Position numbers and translations under genes: made by a program. Source: Mobula hypostoma (Eukaryota). Taken from it: a DNA stretch of 64,000 nt. The first letter of the stretch is position 1, and each line of letters opens with the position of its first letter. The DNA is taken from positions 86,678,001 to 86,742,000 of the forward strand of contig NC_086097.1 in NCBI RefSeq assembly GCF_963921235.1, read 5' to 3'. Positions 27,382-41,247 of the stretch are shown in pieces. The notes below the pieces were generated by a model. That model had not been told where the DNA came from. It did no database searches and saw only the letters and a program-made list of their open reading frames with translations.

Positions 27382-29284
27382 TTATCTCTATTGGGTATTG
27401 TGTAATGAACCAGATCAGATTAGTGAGCTTAATGTAAAGGAGTCCTCAGGAGGCAGTGATCGTATGTGGCATTCACCCCATGGTTTGAGAGGGAAGAGAT
27501 TAAGTCACGTGTGTCAATATTAAGTCACATGTGTCAATAGAGTAAAGGGAATTACTGAGGCATGAGAGGGGAGCTGGCCAAAGTTGATTGGCGGAGGACA
27601 CTATCAGGGATGATAGCAGAACGGCAATACCTGGAGTTTTTAGGGGCAATTCCGAAGGCACAGGACGGATACCTCAAAGACAGGGTATTCTGAAGTGAGG
27701 ATGAGGCAACTATGGCTGACAAGGAAGGTCAAAGACAGCCTGAAAGCAGAAGAGGGTATATAGTATAGCAAAAATTAGTGGGAAGTTAGAGGATTGGGAA
27801 GTTTTTTTAAAAACCAACAGAAGGCAACTAAGAGGTCATAAGGAGAAAAAGATGAAGTATGTATGGAAACTGGCCAATAATATAAAAAAGAATACCAAAA
27901 AATTTCAGATATATAAAGAGTAAAAAAGGCAGGAATGATACCAGACTGCTGGAAAATGATGTTGGAGGGGTAGTAATGGGGAAGAAATGGGAGATGAACT
28001 GATTAAGTATTTTACATCAATCTTCACTGTGTGAGACACCAGCAGTACGCCAAAGTTTTGAGGGGGGTTAGGGGTAGAATTGAGTGTAGTTGTTATTACT
28101 AAGGAGGTGGTACTTGGGAAGCTAAAGGTCTGAAGGTAGATAAGTCACTTGGACCAGATAGACTACACACCGGGGTTCTGAAAGAAGCTGAAGAGATAGT
28201 GGAAATATTAATGATCTTTTAAGAATTCCTAGATTCTGGGAAGTTCCAGAGAACTGGAAAATTGCAAATGTCACTTCACTCTAAGATGGGAGGGAGACAG
28301 ATGAAAGGATATTATAAGCCAGTTAGCCTGACTGAAGTGGTTGGAAAGATGTTGAAGCCTATGATTAAGGATGAGGTTTCGGGGTACATGTAGGCCAAAG
28401 TCAACACGGCTTCCTCAAGGAGAAATCTTGCCTGACAAATCTGATGGAATTCTTTGAGGAAATAAAAGGCAGGTTAGACAAAGGTGAATCAGTAGATGTT
28501 GTTTGCTTGGATTTTCGGAGGGCTTTTGACAAGATGCCCCACTCACGAGGCTGCTTAACATGATATTATAGGAAAGATACTATCATGGATAGAAGATTGG
28601 TCGACTAGCAGGAGGTAAAGAGTGGGAATAAATGGGGCCTATTCTGGTTGGCTGCAACTGTCTAGTGGTGTTCTGCAGGAGTCTGCCTTGGGACTGTTTC
28701 TTTTCACGTTATATGTCAACAATTTGGGTGACAGAATGGATGGTTTATTGGCCGTGTTTACACAGATGTGTGGAGGAAAAGTAGTGTGAGGAAGCTGGGA
28801 GTCTGCAGGACTTAGATTGGGAGAATGGGCAAAGTAGCAGTGGAATATAGTGTAGGTAAGTGTGCGGTCATGCATTTTAGTAGAAAGAGTAAAGGCATAG
28901 ACTTTTCTAAATAGGGAGAAAATTTTAAAAAAAATCAAAGGGACTTGGGAATCCTTGTGCAGGATTCCCCAAAGGTTAACTTGTAAGGTGAGTTGGTGGT
29001 AAGGAATGCAAATGCAGTGTTAGCATTCATTTCAAGTGGACTAGAATACAAGAGCAAGGATGTGATGTTGAGGCTTTGAAGCATTGGTCAGACTCCACTT
29101 TATCTGTGAGAGTTTTGCCCACCTCATCTGAAAAAAAGAGATCTGCTGGTATTGGTTCAGAAGAGGTTCACAAGAATGATCTCGGACTGATCAAGGTTAA
29201 CGTATTAGAAGTGTTTGATACCTCCGGGCCTGTACTCACTGGAATTAAGAATGAGGGGGAAATCATATTGAAACCTGTTGAATA

Positions 29285-32200
29285 CACTGGACAGATTTTG
29301 CTTCCTGAATACTTTTGGGTGTACATCATGGATTTTGTATTGTGATCATGAAAATCACCATGAAATTTCCCCATCACGTAACATATTTTTGAAAACACCT
29401 ATGTTACTTCAATTCATAATTCAAGTCAATTAAAATTTTCCCACAATGTAAGCTGAAATGATTTCCATCTTGCCCAGGCATATCTGGGTATAGCCTTAGG
29501 CAGTGTGGATGATGGATGGCAGGATAGGTTTTAAATAGGTGATAAATTTCTTTGAAGGATTTTTGAGACAGATTTTTCCCAGAATAATTGATGCCAAGAT
29601 TAAGGCAGGCATTTTTGTTAGTCTGCAAATTAAACAGATCATCAATAACAGGCAATTCAAAGAACTTCTAGTACTTATACTTTATTGTCGCCAAACAATT
29701 GATACTAGAACGTACAATCATCACAGCCATATTTGATTCTGTGCTTCCCACTCCCTTACAAATATTAAATATAAAAAATATTAAAAACAGTAAAAATTAG
29801 TAAAATTAAAAATTTAAATTATAAATCATAAATGGAAAATAGAAAAATGGAACGTAAGGTAATGCAAAAAAACAGAGAGGCAGATACGGATATTTGGAGG
29901 ATACGGCTCAGATCCGAGTCAGGATCCATTTAGCAGTCTTATCACAGTTGGAAAGAAGCTGTTCCCAAATCTGGCCGTATGAGTCTTCAAGCTCCTGAGC
30001 CTTCTTCCGGAGGGAAGAGGGACAAAAGCTGTGTTGGCTGGGTGGGTTGTGTCCTTGATTATCCTGGCAGCACTGCTCCGACAGCGTGCGGTGTAAAGTG
30101 AGTCCACGGACAGAAGATTGGTTTGTGTGATGTGCAGCGCTGTGTTCACAATCTTCTGCAGCTTCTTTCGGTCTTGGACAGGACGACTTCCATACCAGGT
30201 TGTGATGCATCCTAGAAGAATGCTTTCTACAGTGCATCTATAAAAATTAGTGAGGGTTTTAGGGGACAGGCCAAATTTCTTTAGTTTTCTCAGGAAGTAA
30301 AGGCGCTGGTGGGCCTTCTTGGCAGTGAACTCTGCTTGGTTGGACCAAGTCAGGTCATTTGTGATATTCACCCCGAAGAACTTAAAGCTTTTGACCTGTT
30401 CCACTTGCGCACCACCGATGTAAATTGGGTCGTGCGGTCCGCTGCTCCTTCTGAAGTCAACAACCGATTCCTTCATCTTGCTGACGTTGAGGGACAAGTT
30501 ATTGTCTTCGCACCATGCCACCAGGTTCTTAATTTCCTCTCTGTACTCAAACTCATCATTACCTGAGATACGGCCTTCAATTGTGATGTCACCAGCAAAC
30601 TTATATATTGAGTTTGATGGAAACTTGGCTGCACAATCATGGGTGTACAGTGAGTACAATAGGGGGCTGAGTACACAGCCTTGTGGGGCACCGGTGCTCA
30701 GAGTGATTGTAGAGGAGAGCTTGTCCCCTATTTTTACTGCCTGGGTCCTGTCTGTGAGGAAGTTGAAGATCCAGCTGCAGATCTGAGTGCCAAGGCCCAG
30801 GTTCCGGAGCTTAGGAATCAGTTTATTTGGAATGATGGTATTAAAGACAGAGCTGTAGTCAATCAAAAGGAGCCTTACATATGCGTCTTTATTCTCCAGG
30901 TGTTCTAAGGAAGAATGTAGGGCCAGAGAGATGGCATCTGCCGTTGACCTGTTGCTCCGGTAGGCGAATTGCAAAGCGTCGAGGTTGACCGGTAGGCTGT
31001 GGTTGGTGTGTGCCATAACCAATGTCTCGAAGCACTTCATAGCAATTGATGTCAGAGCCACAGGTCGATAGTCATTCAGGCATGCCACCTTGCTCTCTTC
31101 GGCACTGGGATTATCGTTGCCTTCTGAAAGCACGAAGGGATCTTAGACTAAAGCAAGTTGAAGATGTCAGCAAACACTCCAGCTAGCTTGCTTGCACAGG
31201 CCCGGAGAACCCGTCCTGGGATGCCATCTGGGCCCGTCGCCTTCCTTGGATTTACCTTCAGGAAGGCTCTTCTGACGTCCTCCTCGGTGACGATGAATCT
31301 CAATGCCACCAGGTCCGGTTCATCCGGAGGGAGCAGGACGCTCCTCTTCTGTTTGAATATTGCGTAGAATATGTTAAGTTCGTCAGGAAGAGAAACACCA
31401 CAGTTATTGATATTCCCAGCCTTTTCTTTGCGCCCAGTGATCTCATTTAGACCCTGCCATAGTCTACTGGCATCCCTTTAGTTAGCCTGGGCTTCCGACT
31501 TGGCTCGATATTATGTCTTGGTGCCCTTAATGGCTTTCCGGAGTTCACGCCTGGATTCTGTGTAGCGACTGGTATCCCTGGACCTAAAAGTCGCAGCTCT
31601 AGCCTTTAAAAGGGACTTGACCTCATAATTCATCCAAGGTTTCCGGTTAGCTAATACCCGGATCGTCTAGCGAGACACACAGTCCTCTGTGCATTTCCAA
31701 ATAAAGTCTGTGAGAGCTGAGGCATACTCATGGAGGTTAGCTGCCGAGTCCTTGAATACTACCAGTCCACCGATTCAAAGCAGTCACGGAGGAGCTCATC
31801 CGTTTCCTCCGTCCAATGCAACACTACTTTTGACACCGTGACCTCCCCCTTCAGTTTCTGTTTGTAAGCCGGGAGGAGGAGTACGGCCTGATGGTCCGAT
31901 TTTCTGAAGTGATATCATGGGGCAGAATGGTAGGCATCCTTGACTGCTGTGTAGCAATGGTCAAGTATATTCGAGCCTCTAGTGGGGCAGGAGACATGTT
32001 GGTATAACTTTGGCAGCGCCTTTCTGAAGTTGGCCTGGTTAAAGTCCCTGGCTGTAATGAGCAAAGCCTCCTGATACCTGGTCTCAAGTTCACTGATGTT
32101 GGCATACAGTATGTTCAGAGCAGACTCCACATCCGCCTGGGGGGGAATGTAGACCGCTGTCAGTATGACCGAGGTGAATTCCCATGGCAGATGGTAGGGA

Positions 32201-33830
32201 CTACACTTCACCAACAGGTGTTCCAGGTCTGGGCTGCAGGAGCTTGTCAGTGCCACTGTGTCTGAGCACCACGCAGTGTTGATCAGTAGGCAGACACCAC
32301 CTCCCCTCGTCTTGCCCAAAGACGCCGTGCGGTCCATCCGATGGATTGAAAATCTCTCTGGTCAGATGGCACAGTCGGGGGTGGCAGGGGAGAGCCAGGT
32401 CTCGGTGAAACAGAATACACAGCAGTTCCGCATCTCCCTGGAGTAGGTGAGTCTCCCTTTAAGATCATCCACCTTGTTCTCTATGGCTTGCAGATTAGCT
32501 AGTAGGATGGTGGGCATAGGGACCCTGAAGCCCCTCAGCTTCAATCTGACCAGCAGCCCAGCTCTTTTCCCATGCTTCCTCGGTAAGTAGTGCATCTTTC
32601 CAAGTTGCCATCAATGCAGTGTATTGTTGTCAGCTCTTTGAGGTAGGTGGACGCGTCCAGCGGGAATCGATCGGCGGGTCGTGTCATCAGACACTCTGGG
32701 TCGGGCAGAGTAACGGGGGAGGCTCTGCTGCCACTTCCAGCTACCGGAGGCCCGGGCTGTCGATTGGGTCGGGCCCCGAAGCTGACACTTAATCCCGGAT
32801 GGCCGGGCTCCTTGCTGAAACAAGCCCTTAAGCCGAGTCACGGTTGCGGAGGCCTCGGCTCGGTTTCCGAGGTCAGCGGCGGAGGCCTCACTTCCGGCAG
32901 CTGTGGATGGCCGCCAACGGGGCTTTACGGTGGTTGCTCCAGGGAAGCGTCTGGGGCACCTTGAGGTCTCCACCGTCACTTCTGTGTGGTCGTCTGCTCC
33001 AGAGAGGTGCTGTTTGGAATGGGCCGTGTCTCCAAGCGCTCTGGCACGGTAGCGGACCACGGGTCTCCGGGAACGTAGTGGGCCTCGTTGGTCAGGTCCA
33101 GGTGCTGTCCAGGGCTTAAGAAGCACTTCTGGCGCGGTGGTCTCCAGCTGGGTCAGTAGCTTCGCCAGGGTGTTGTTTAACTTGATCTTGCTAGATTGGA
33201 GGTTTAGAAGGGTTTCTTGGGTATAGGATAGTGGAGAGGGCAGTTTGCTCGGGAGAGCACGCGCAAAGTCGCCAGTTACCGGAGCCATCTCTAGTAGGAC
33301 CAGAGGTAGGCATTCCAAGATTGTAGTGAAAAGTTTCTTGGCAACTACAGTGCACCAAACTACATGCAGTTGGTTGACATGCTTCAAGCATACAAAACAG
33401 CAAAGTGCAATATGTCACTATAGATTCATTTTCTGCATTCCCATTTAGACTTCTTCCCTACAAATCTTGGTGCTGTCAGTGACAAGCATGCTGAAGAGTT
33501 TCACCATGCAGTCATGGAGAAATGGTATCAGGGCAACTGAATTCATTAAGGCTGATTGATTACTGTTGGACACTTAAGCAAGAAGCCTCAGACACTGAGT
33601 AAAAATGAAAATCATCAACAAAGCATTGTTAGCTTCGTTGAACTATTGTGAAGCAGTCAGTACCCTTGTGTAATTAAACACAATAATTAATTAATTCAAT
33701 AAGTTAGTTTCTTGTTTCTGCAAATTCCAACATGATACAAGTAGTCAAATTTTATTTGTGTCCAGGTTCAAGCAGTTTATCATAAACAAAAAAATTCTGA
33801 GACAACACTTCCGAAAAAATTTGTCCAGTG
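29285..33830 (+). mobile_element. Chapaev3-type DNA transposon, internally deleted, interrupted by a Rex1 LINE
   Basis: TIR CACTGGACA / TGTCCAGTG. Transposase remnants LRQIFPRIIDAKIKAGIFV before the LINE and CNMSL.IHFLHSHLDFFPTNLGAVSD after it. Confidence 0.75.
29674..33289 (-). mobile_element. Full-length Rex1/Babar LINE (~3.6 kb), decayed
   Basis: 7-bp TSD TCTAGTA at 29667-29673 and 33290-33296. APE (FCFTETWL, AVYIPP, DFN) and RT ([21 protein letters not shown], catalytic site mutated to KFAGD), with [13 protein letters not shown] near the C-terminus and an AATAAAG tail. Confidence 0.92.
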
Positions 33831-34598
33831 ATGATTGAAAGGCCTAGATAGGATGGATAATAGAGGATGTTTCCTATGGTGGATGAAACTAGGACTAGAG
33901 AGCACAAATTAGAATAGAGAGATCTTTTGGAACAGATGAGGTGGTATTTCTTTAGCTAGAATGTGGGGAACCTGTGTAATTCATAGCCATGGAGATCTGT
34001 GGAGGCCAAGCCATTGTGTATATCTAAAGTGGAGATTGAAAGGCTCTTCTTTCACCAGTGTCTTAAGTTTACAGGAGAAGGCAGAGGAATGGGGTTGAGA
34101 AGAATAATAAATCAGCCATGATGGAATGGCAAAGCAGACTTGATGGGCCAAGTGACCTAATTCTGCTCCTTTCTCTTCTGATCTTCTGCATGAATCAGAA
34201 GACCATCGTAAAATTAGGTTGTCGAGAATAACCCTTAAATCAATGGGAAGAGGAAGAACTAGTCAGTAATGTATGCAAGTTGAAGAGAATCTTGACAGTG
34301 AACCTGCTTTTGATAATTCTCAGCAGTGGAAGTTATACACTTCAGTTGTGGACATGGGATGAACAATTAAACTTGCATGAGGTTGTAGTAGATCCTGAGA
34401 AGGTATAGTTACACAAAGAGAAGAACATGATTGATTTACACATAAGTTAAGACCTGTGTCTCTTAGAAGTCAAAGAATGATGATCAGAATCGAGATGCTG
34501 GTTATTTTTCACCAGTCATTTAGTTACTCATTTCAATAAAAATAAATACCAACAGTTTCATGCAATTTGATATAGACCCCCAGCCCTTGTATTTTATA

Positions 34599-36512
34599 CA
34601 TTTGCAAGAAAATGTTTGTGAATCCTTCACAATTACTTGGTTTCTGTTTTAGTTGCTCATAAAATGTGGTCCGATCTTCAGTTAAGTCACATTAACAGAC
34701 AAACACAATCTGCATAAACTAATAACACACAAACAATTGTACTTCTCTATCTATACTATCCTTTGGCTTTAACAGTCACATACTTACAGATACCGATTTC
34801 AGCATTCCATCTTCCTCAGGCACAAGTTAGTCTAATGACATCCCTCTAGAGATACCTCCTTATATACTTGCTTGAGTGAGTAGGGCCTGGGGCTGGGCTT
34901 AATGCTCAATCCTGATTAGCTGGATCTGAATTTCTTTTTTCTGATTGCTTAGTTTGAGTTGGCCTTGTTCTGATTGATCATTTTTTTCTTTAGGCCAACC
35001 ACTGGTCAGGAATGTGTGGTCCTAGACTGGAGCTATCTCCACACTTTTAAATCCTACATTTAGATCCCCTCATGCTCCATCTCTGATGATTCCTTAATCT
35101 TTCTCTTTTAGGTATTTTCTTCCTTTCCAAGGATGTTGGCATCATCAGATGAGCATGATAGCTAGTGTTCAGTGATCCCAATTTATTCTGCTTTCAAATT
35201 TTTTTAAGCACTCTTATCTTCTCCTATCCTGGTCTTCAATGGCTTTCCACTCTCACCAATGTATATTGTTTGGCATGGTGATAGAGGTATGGAGTACACA
35301 ACTCCCTGACACAGTTCTTTACGTCTGCCAAGTGCCACTTTGCTTAGCCTTTTTCTAATTGTGTCTTCGCATTTTGCAATTAACTGGACACCATATTTTT
35401 GGCAAATTGGTCTTTTCAGTTAAGTTGCTAAAAATACAGCGGAAATTCAGTACTGTTGCTGCTCTCCCTAGAAGGGGGCATCCTGCAAAGATCACCCCAA
35501 GAGCACCACATGCAACGCTGAAAGAGGTGAAAAAGAACCCAAGGTTAAGAGCAAAAGCCCTGCAGAAACCTCTAGAACTTGAAGTCTGTATTAATGTGTC
35601 AACTTTAAAAAGAACACTGAACAAGAATGATGTTCATGAAGGACACCACGGAGGAAACCATTGCTCTCCAAAAAAAAAGTTGCTGCACGTCTCAGGTTTC
35701 AAAAGTCTGGGACAATGTTCTGTGGACCGATGAGAAAACACTCGAACTTTTGGGCAGAAATGCACAGTGCTACGTTTGGAGAAAAAGGGGCACTGGACAC
35801 CAACACCAAAACCTCATCCCAGCTGTCAAGCATGGTGGAATGAGCATTGTGGTTTGGGGTTGTTTTGCTGCCTCGGGGCCTGGACAGCTTGCATTCATTG
35901 AGGGAATAATGAATTCAAAATTATATCAAGACATTTTACAGGAGAATGTCAGGGTAGAGGTATAACACCTGAAGCTTAATAGAAGTTGGGTGATGCAACA
36001 AGACAATGGTACGAAACAGGAGAGTTAATCAACAACAGGACAGTTTAAAAAGACGAAAATTCGTGTTTTGGATTGGCCAACTCAAAGTCCAGACCTTAAC
36101 CCAATTGAGATGTTGTGGTATGACCTGAAGAGGGCTGTTTATGCAAGGTATCCCAGAAATATTGATGAACTGAAACAGTTTTGTATGGGGGGATAGTCCA
36201 AAGTTCCTCCTTGCCATTGTGCAAGTCTGATCAGTAGCTATAGAAAATGTTTGGTGGAGGTTATTGCTGCTAAAGGAGGTTCTACCAGTTATTAAATGCA
36301 AAGGTTCACATACTTTTTCCTGCCTGGACTGTGAATGATTAAATAATGTGTTCAATAAACACATGAAAAGTATAATTGTGGTATGTTATTAGCTTAGGCA
36401 TATTGTGTTTGTCTATTATTGTGACTAGGAAGAATATTAGACCATATTTTATGAGTAACTAAAGAAGAAAAGAGGTAATTGTTAGGTATTCACAAACCTT
36501 TGCTTAAAACTG
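34599..36512 (+). mobile_element. Tc1-family transposon, decayed, with an unrelated ~34750-35370 insert
   Basis: Long TIRs (CA.TTGCAAGAAAA..TTTGTGAA). Transposase motifs GHPAKIT, VLWTDE, VKHGG, MQQDN and WPTQSPDLNPIE. Confidence 0.88.
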
Positions 36513-36607
36513 CATGTACTTGTTACATACATGCCATTGCTAACAGAGGAGTAAGGAAATGGCAGATGATGTGAATGGAGAATGGAGGAAAAAAAATTGC
36601 ATTGGAA

Positions 36608-37363
36608 TGTTACGTAACCGGCAACAATGAATATTAATCGAGACAGGTTTTATGAAAACAACCAAACATTTATTAAACACATATAAACGATAAGGGGAAA
36701 AAAAAGGAAAACTTTAACCGGAGGTTAAACAGGTACGCAGCCGTTCATCAACTCCACTCAGCTCTGGTTCTTAAAGCGTTAAATGCGAAAACAGTTCTTA
36801 AAGCGATACAGTCAGATGTAGTTCTTAAAGCGATAATTTCGGAAGTCCAACAGTTTTACACATTCAATTGGGAGAGACTTCTCTGGAGAAAGACTTCTTC
36901 ACCGACGCACCTTTACGGCCAGTTCTGTCCACAGGATTCCCGATGCCGAAAATAAACAGTTTAAATCGACTGACCTTAAATTCCTTTTAGAGAGAGAGAC
37001 CGCCTTTGTGCATGAACTCATTGCGCTTTTACAAGAGTTATCTCGATGCAGGTTCTCTCCAACGAAGACTCAATAAGGTCGATCCTTTATTAAACTGCCA
37101 AACGATGCCGACTTCTCTCGATCCTTCACTTTGATGAATTCTTCACTCTCCCTTCAAAACTGTCGGAATTGATTAAATTGGCACTTCCAGCCATAAATTT
37201 CCAGTCCAAATACAATATCTTGTAAGAGAACGCACCTTCCGTTTTAAAAATGAAACTGCGTCATCACGTGACCTCACATCAGCGAGAAAATCACATCAGG
37301 TGACCTCCAAAAGACCATTACATCATTCTCACAAAAGAAACAGATCTCCTTGAGCATGTAACA
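36608..37363. mobile_element. Solo LTR, 756 bp
   Basis: Inverted ends TGTTAC...GTAACA and a 4-bp TSD GGAA at 36604-36607 and 37364-37367. Confidence 0.85.
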
Positions 37364-38734
37364 GGAAGTATATGGTTGAGAGCAATTGATGCAATGAGCT
37401 ATTGACATTTAGTTGAATTGGATTTGAAGTATTTCGGATCTAAAACTGTTTAGTTGTATAAACACAGCAAGTTTTGTTTTCTGGGTTTTCCCCATTTATT
37501 GGAGAGGATTCTTGATGTGATCAGTCAGAGGCAGTAGAATTTGAAGTACTGTGAATACAGAAAATTATATACGTAGCTAAAAGCATATGTAAAATTTGTG
37601 ATATATATTGGATTAATATATTAATGATTTTTTTTTCTACCAAGGGTTATTTTTGGAAAGTATACAACAGACTTTAAAAGTGTAATAAAAAATGTTTTGC
37701 TGTGTTCTGACATTTGAGTTTGAGTAAGAAAAATTTGATTACTGTTCTGAGTACAAATTAAGATGTACATTATGTTTAAATACTCCTTTGCCACCCGAAT
37801 TACACATGCATATTTATTGTTGTGATTGTCATTACATATATATATAACACAGTTTCTTTGTTAATTTTTGGTAAACTGTATTGTGTCTTAGGTGCTGGAT
37901 TATTCTCGTGTGCATCATGGTGGAACAGCAGATTAGAGCAGTAATACATCCTGAAGTTAAAAATATAACTGCTGCTGTATTTCATAAATCATCTGATGTG
38001 CTAAGGGAAATTACTGAACTGCGATCCTTCAGGATGTTAAGGAAAATCAAGGGCATTTTGCTGTTCTGGCATGATTTCCATGACTCTGCTTAGAGGACCA
38101 TTGGTAAAGAGCTGAGGAGCAATTTACATAGAGTAAACCTGCATCAATGAATAGATTTTGGCAATTTGTTTTTTTGGATTATTGATGTAATTTTAGCAAA
38201 ATAGAGTTGTTGTCCAAGTGCTGAGTATAGGCCACAGCTTGAGCAACCTGTGTAAACCGGTAACCTCTTTGCTGGTTCACAGTGAGATCTTAAGAATATT
38301 TCTTATTGAAAATGGTTGCCATTGAACTGGAAAATAAATAATGCTTTTTAAATATCAGATTAGAATATAGACTAAAGATTGTCTTAGTTTCCTAATATGA
38401 TTTTGTTCTTCCAATTATTTAAATATCTAAAAGATTATGGCTGGCAATCTTGTGCATTGGAGCGAGATGACAATTGTCATAACTCATTTTGTATTCAGTG
38501 ATACCAGCCATTAGAGATGGAGTAAATATCTGTTACTGTGCCTTGCGTTTCAAATGAAAGTCTGTGGAAGGATAACATACTTTGCTGTTTCAGGAATAAG
38601 GCAGTAGTTGCCTACTTCAGATGTAAGGTTTTTGCAGATTACCAAAGTAGAATCTTAGATCTTGAAGTTACCAATTACTTTTGCAGGTAAAACTATTTCA
38701 TTTCCATTCTAAAGAATTAAGCATGCCATTTGCC

Positions 38735-38900
38735 ACTTCAGTGATGGGGGGAGATACTGCAATTTTGGGTGCACTCTTTTTAAAACGAGACATTAAACCT
38801 AGTCTGTTGTTCCAGTGGATGCAAAAGATTGCTTGGCACTGTTTGAAGAGCAGGGGAATTCCCTGATGTCCTGTCCAATGCCTACCCCTCATTACATTGA
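38735..38900 (+). mobile_element. Ancient Deu-domain SINE remnant (SacSINE1/AmnSINE1-like)
   Basis: GAGACATTAAACC...GTGGATGCAAAAGAT...TGGCACTGTTTGAAGAGCAGGGGAATTCCCTGATGTCCTG resembles the recalled Deu-domain consensus. Confidence 0.6.
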
Positions 38901-41247
38901 TGTGCAAAAATTGGCAGTTTTCTTATTTTCAGACTTATTTGAGAACTTTTGGATGACCTACAGCTAAGACAGATTGTCTCTGACTCTTATATATACACAC
39001 ATACATACATACATACATATACACACATAGAGAGACAGAAATCAAAGGTTTCAAATACACCAGGAAAAGCTTGATCAGCTGTATTTTGTAATGTGATTTT
39101 CTCCCCTTTTCCCTGCACAGATTTCCCCTGCCATGAACCTTCACCAGCCAAGAGGACAAGCTGCCAGGCCTCTACCAATGCTGTCAACCTGGGCATAAGG
39201 AGGTGTGTGAAATGGCCCATGGTAACTTGTCCCATCATTCCCATGGCTGTCCCTGAATTCTCCCTAATCCCACCCTTCAACCTCTGCTCATTGTTCCACA
39301 ATTGTATCCATAGGTGTTGGCCTTAATTCAGTGGCCGTACTCTTGCTATGTTAGACCCTCAGGATTCAGGCTTTAACCAGAGGCTTAAGTGCATCATTTG
39401 ACATGTTCATTGTGAGGATTTCAGTGTTGCACCAACTCCCTGATAACACAGTTCCTATTTGTTATATTAACATGTAAGGTAGTTAAGATTCCTTGGTGCA
39501 TCAGAATCCAGATTAGATTTCTTTCTTGAAATCGCTGTTTTTTTCCCCCAAAGTATTTAAGGTGGAACAATATTTTGGCAGTGGAAGATGCTGTTTGGTT
39601 TATTTGGGGACAGCTTGGTGACTTTGGGTACTTTAGCGTTCATAGTCAACTCATACCTATGACTATTGGAGAGTTGCTTCTTTCTCATTGAACAATACTA
39701 ACGATTGTAATATTTCTGTATATAAAAGAGAACATACTGATTGTGGCATCTTGCCAAGTTAAGAGTTTGTACCTTTGGCCATTTCAGAACAAAGCTGCAT
39801 TTATCAAATATGGTGCAGGATATGTAAATTGTGTGTGGGCTGTGTTACGAAAGAAATTCTTTGTCTGTACTAATTAGGTTTTTCCTGTACTTAAGCATGC
39901 AGTAACCATCCAAATGAATATCTAATGAAATTCACATTGAAAAAATTAAAATCTATTATTACATGTCATTATTACACATTTATAGAGAATAACTCAGTTA
40001 TTCTACAGGATGTTTAGCATTACAATGTAAATTAATTAAACCATTAAAAAATTGGAATGTTCTCTGAAACTTGAGAAAAATATATATTCTATTTTAATTT
40101 GTTTTTGTACCACAACACTCTCAGGTACTCTAGTTAGTTTCAAAATGAATGTAGCAATTTCAATGGGATGTTGATGAGTATGTGAGAGGCAATATGTTAT
40201 AGATTGCCATGAAATAATTGAGGTCTGCCATAATATCAAATGTATAAATAGGACAATGGGGATTAAAGCAAAGAATCAGGATAGAAGTGAAGAATATATG
40301 GCTAGTTTTCCTGAAGTTGAAGATTGATGCTATCTCCAAATGACAGGAAATGCTTGCATATTTTTTTCCCTGCAGTGAAGTAAGGGTAATGTTATGTTTA
40401 TAGAAAGTATTCCCTTTTGATTTCCTTGGGAAGCAATTTGATGTTAAGGAGCAGAGGATTTGGAAGAATGGTGAATTAAAATAAAAACAGTTAAAATTGA
40501 AAGAACTCGGTTAAAAGCAGTGCCTGTAAATCATTGCTGATACAGTTACAAAAAAAAATGTTTATGAACCCTTTGCAATTACCTGGTTTTCTGCATTACT
40601 TACTCATAAAATGTGGACTGATGTTCATCTAAGTCACAATAATAGACAAACACTATCTGTCTAAATTAATAACACACAAATAATTGTACCCTTCATGTCT
40701 TTATTGAACTCATTCATAGTCCAGGCTGGAAAAAGTATGTGAACTCTTGTATTTAATAACTGGTAGAACTTCCTTTAGCAGCAATAAGCTCCACCAAACA
40801 CTTCCTGTAGCTGCTTAATAGCGAGGAGGAATTTTAGACCATTCCTCCATACAAAACTGTTTCAGTTCATCAATATTTCTGGGATACTTTGAACGAACAG
40901 CCCTTTTCAGGTCATACCACAGCAACTGAATTGGGTTAAAATCTGGACTCTGACTTGGACATTTCAAAACACTAATGTTCTTCTTTCTGTTGTTAATTTA
41001 CTCTTGTGTATTGGATCATTGTCTTGTTGCATCATCCAACTTCTATTAATCTTTGGGTGACGGACTGCTACCCTGACGTTCTCATGTAAAATGTGTTCAT
41101 ACAATTTTGAATTCGTTGTTCCCTCAATGATTGCAAGCTGTCCAGGCCCCAAGGCAACAAAGCAGCCTAAAGCCATGGTGTTCCTTTCACCATACTTCAC
41201 AGTTGGGATGAAATGAAATGACTTTTATTTCTTACGTCTTTCACATA

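Larger units (their letters stand above)
27542..34187 (+). mobile_element. Degenerate CR1 LINE split by a Chapaev insertion (27542-29284 and 33831-34187)
   Basis: Colinear with 3540-5740. It breaks at GAAACCTGTTGAATA and resumes at ATTGAAAGGCCTAGATAGG. Confidence 0.85.

Noticed and set aside
34750..35370. Insert within the Tc1 as a solo LTR
   Set aside because: It has repeated CTGATT(A/G)G motifs, but I could not define TG..CA ends or a TSD, so it is left unclassified.
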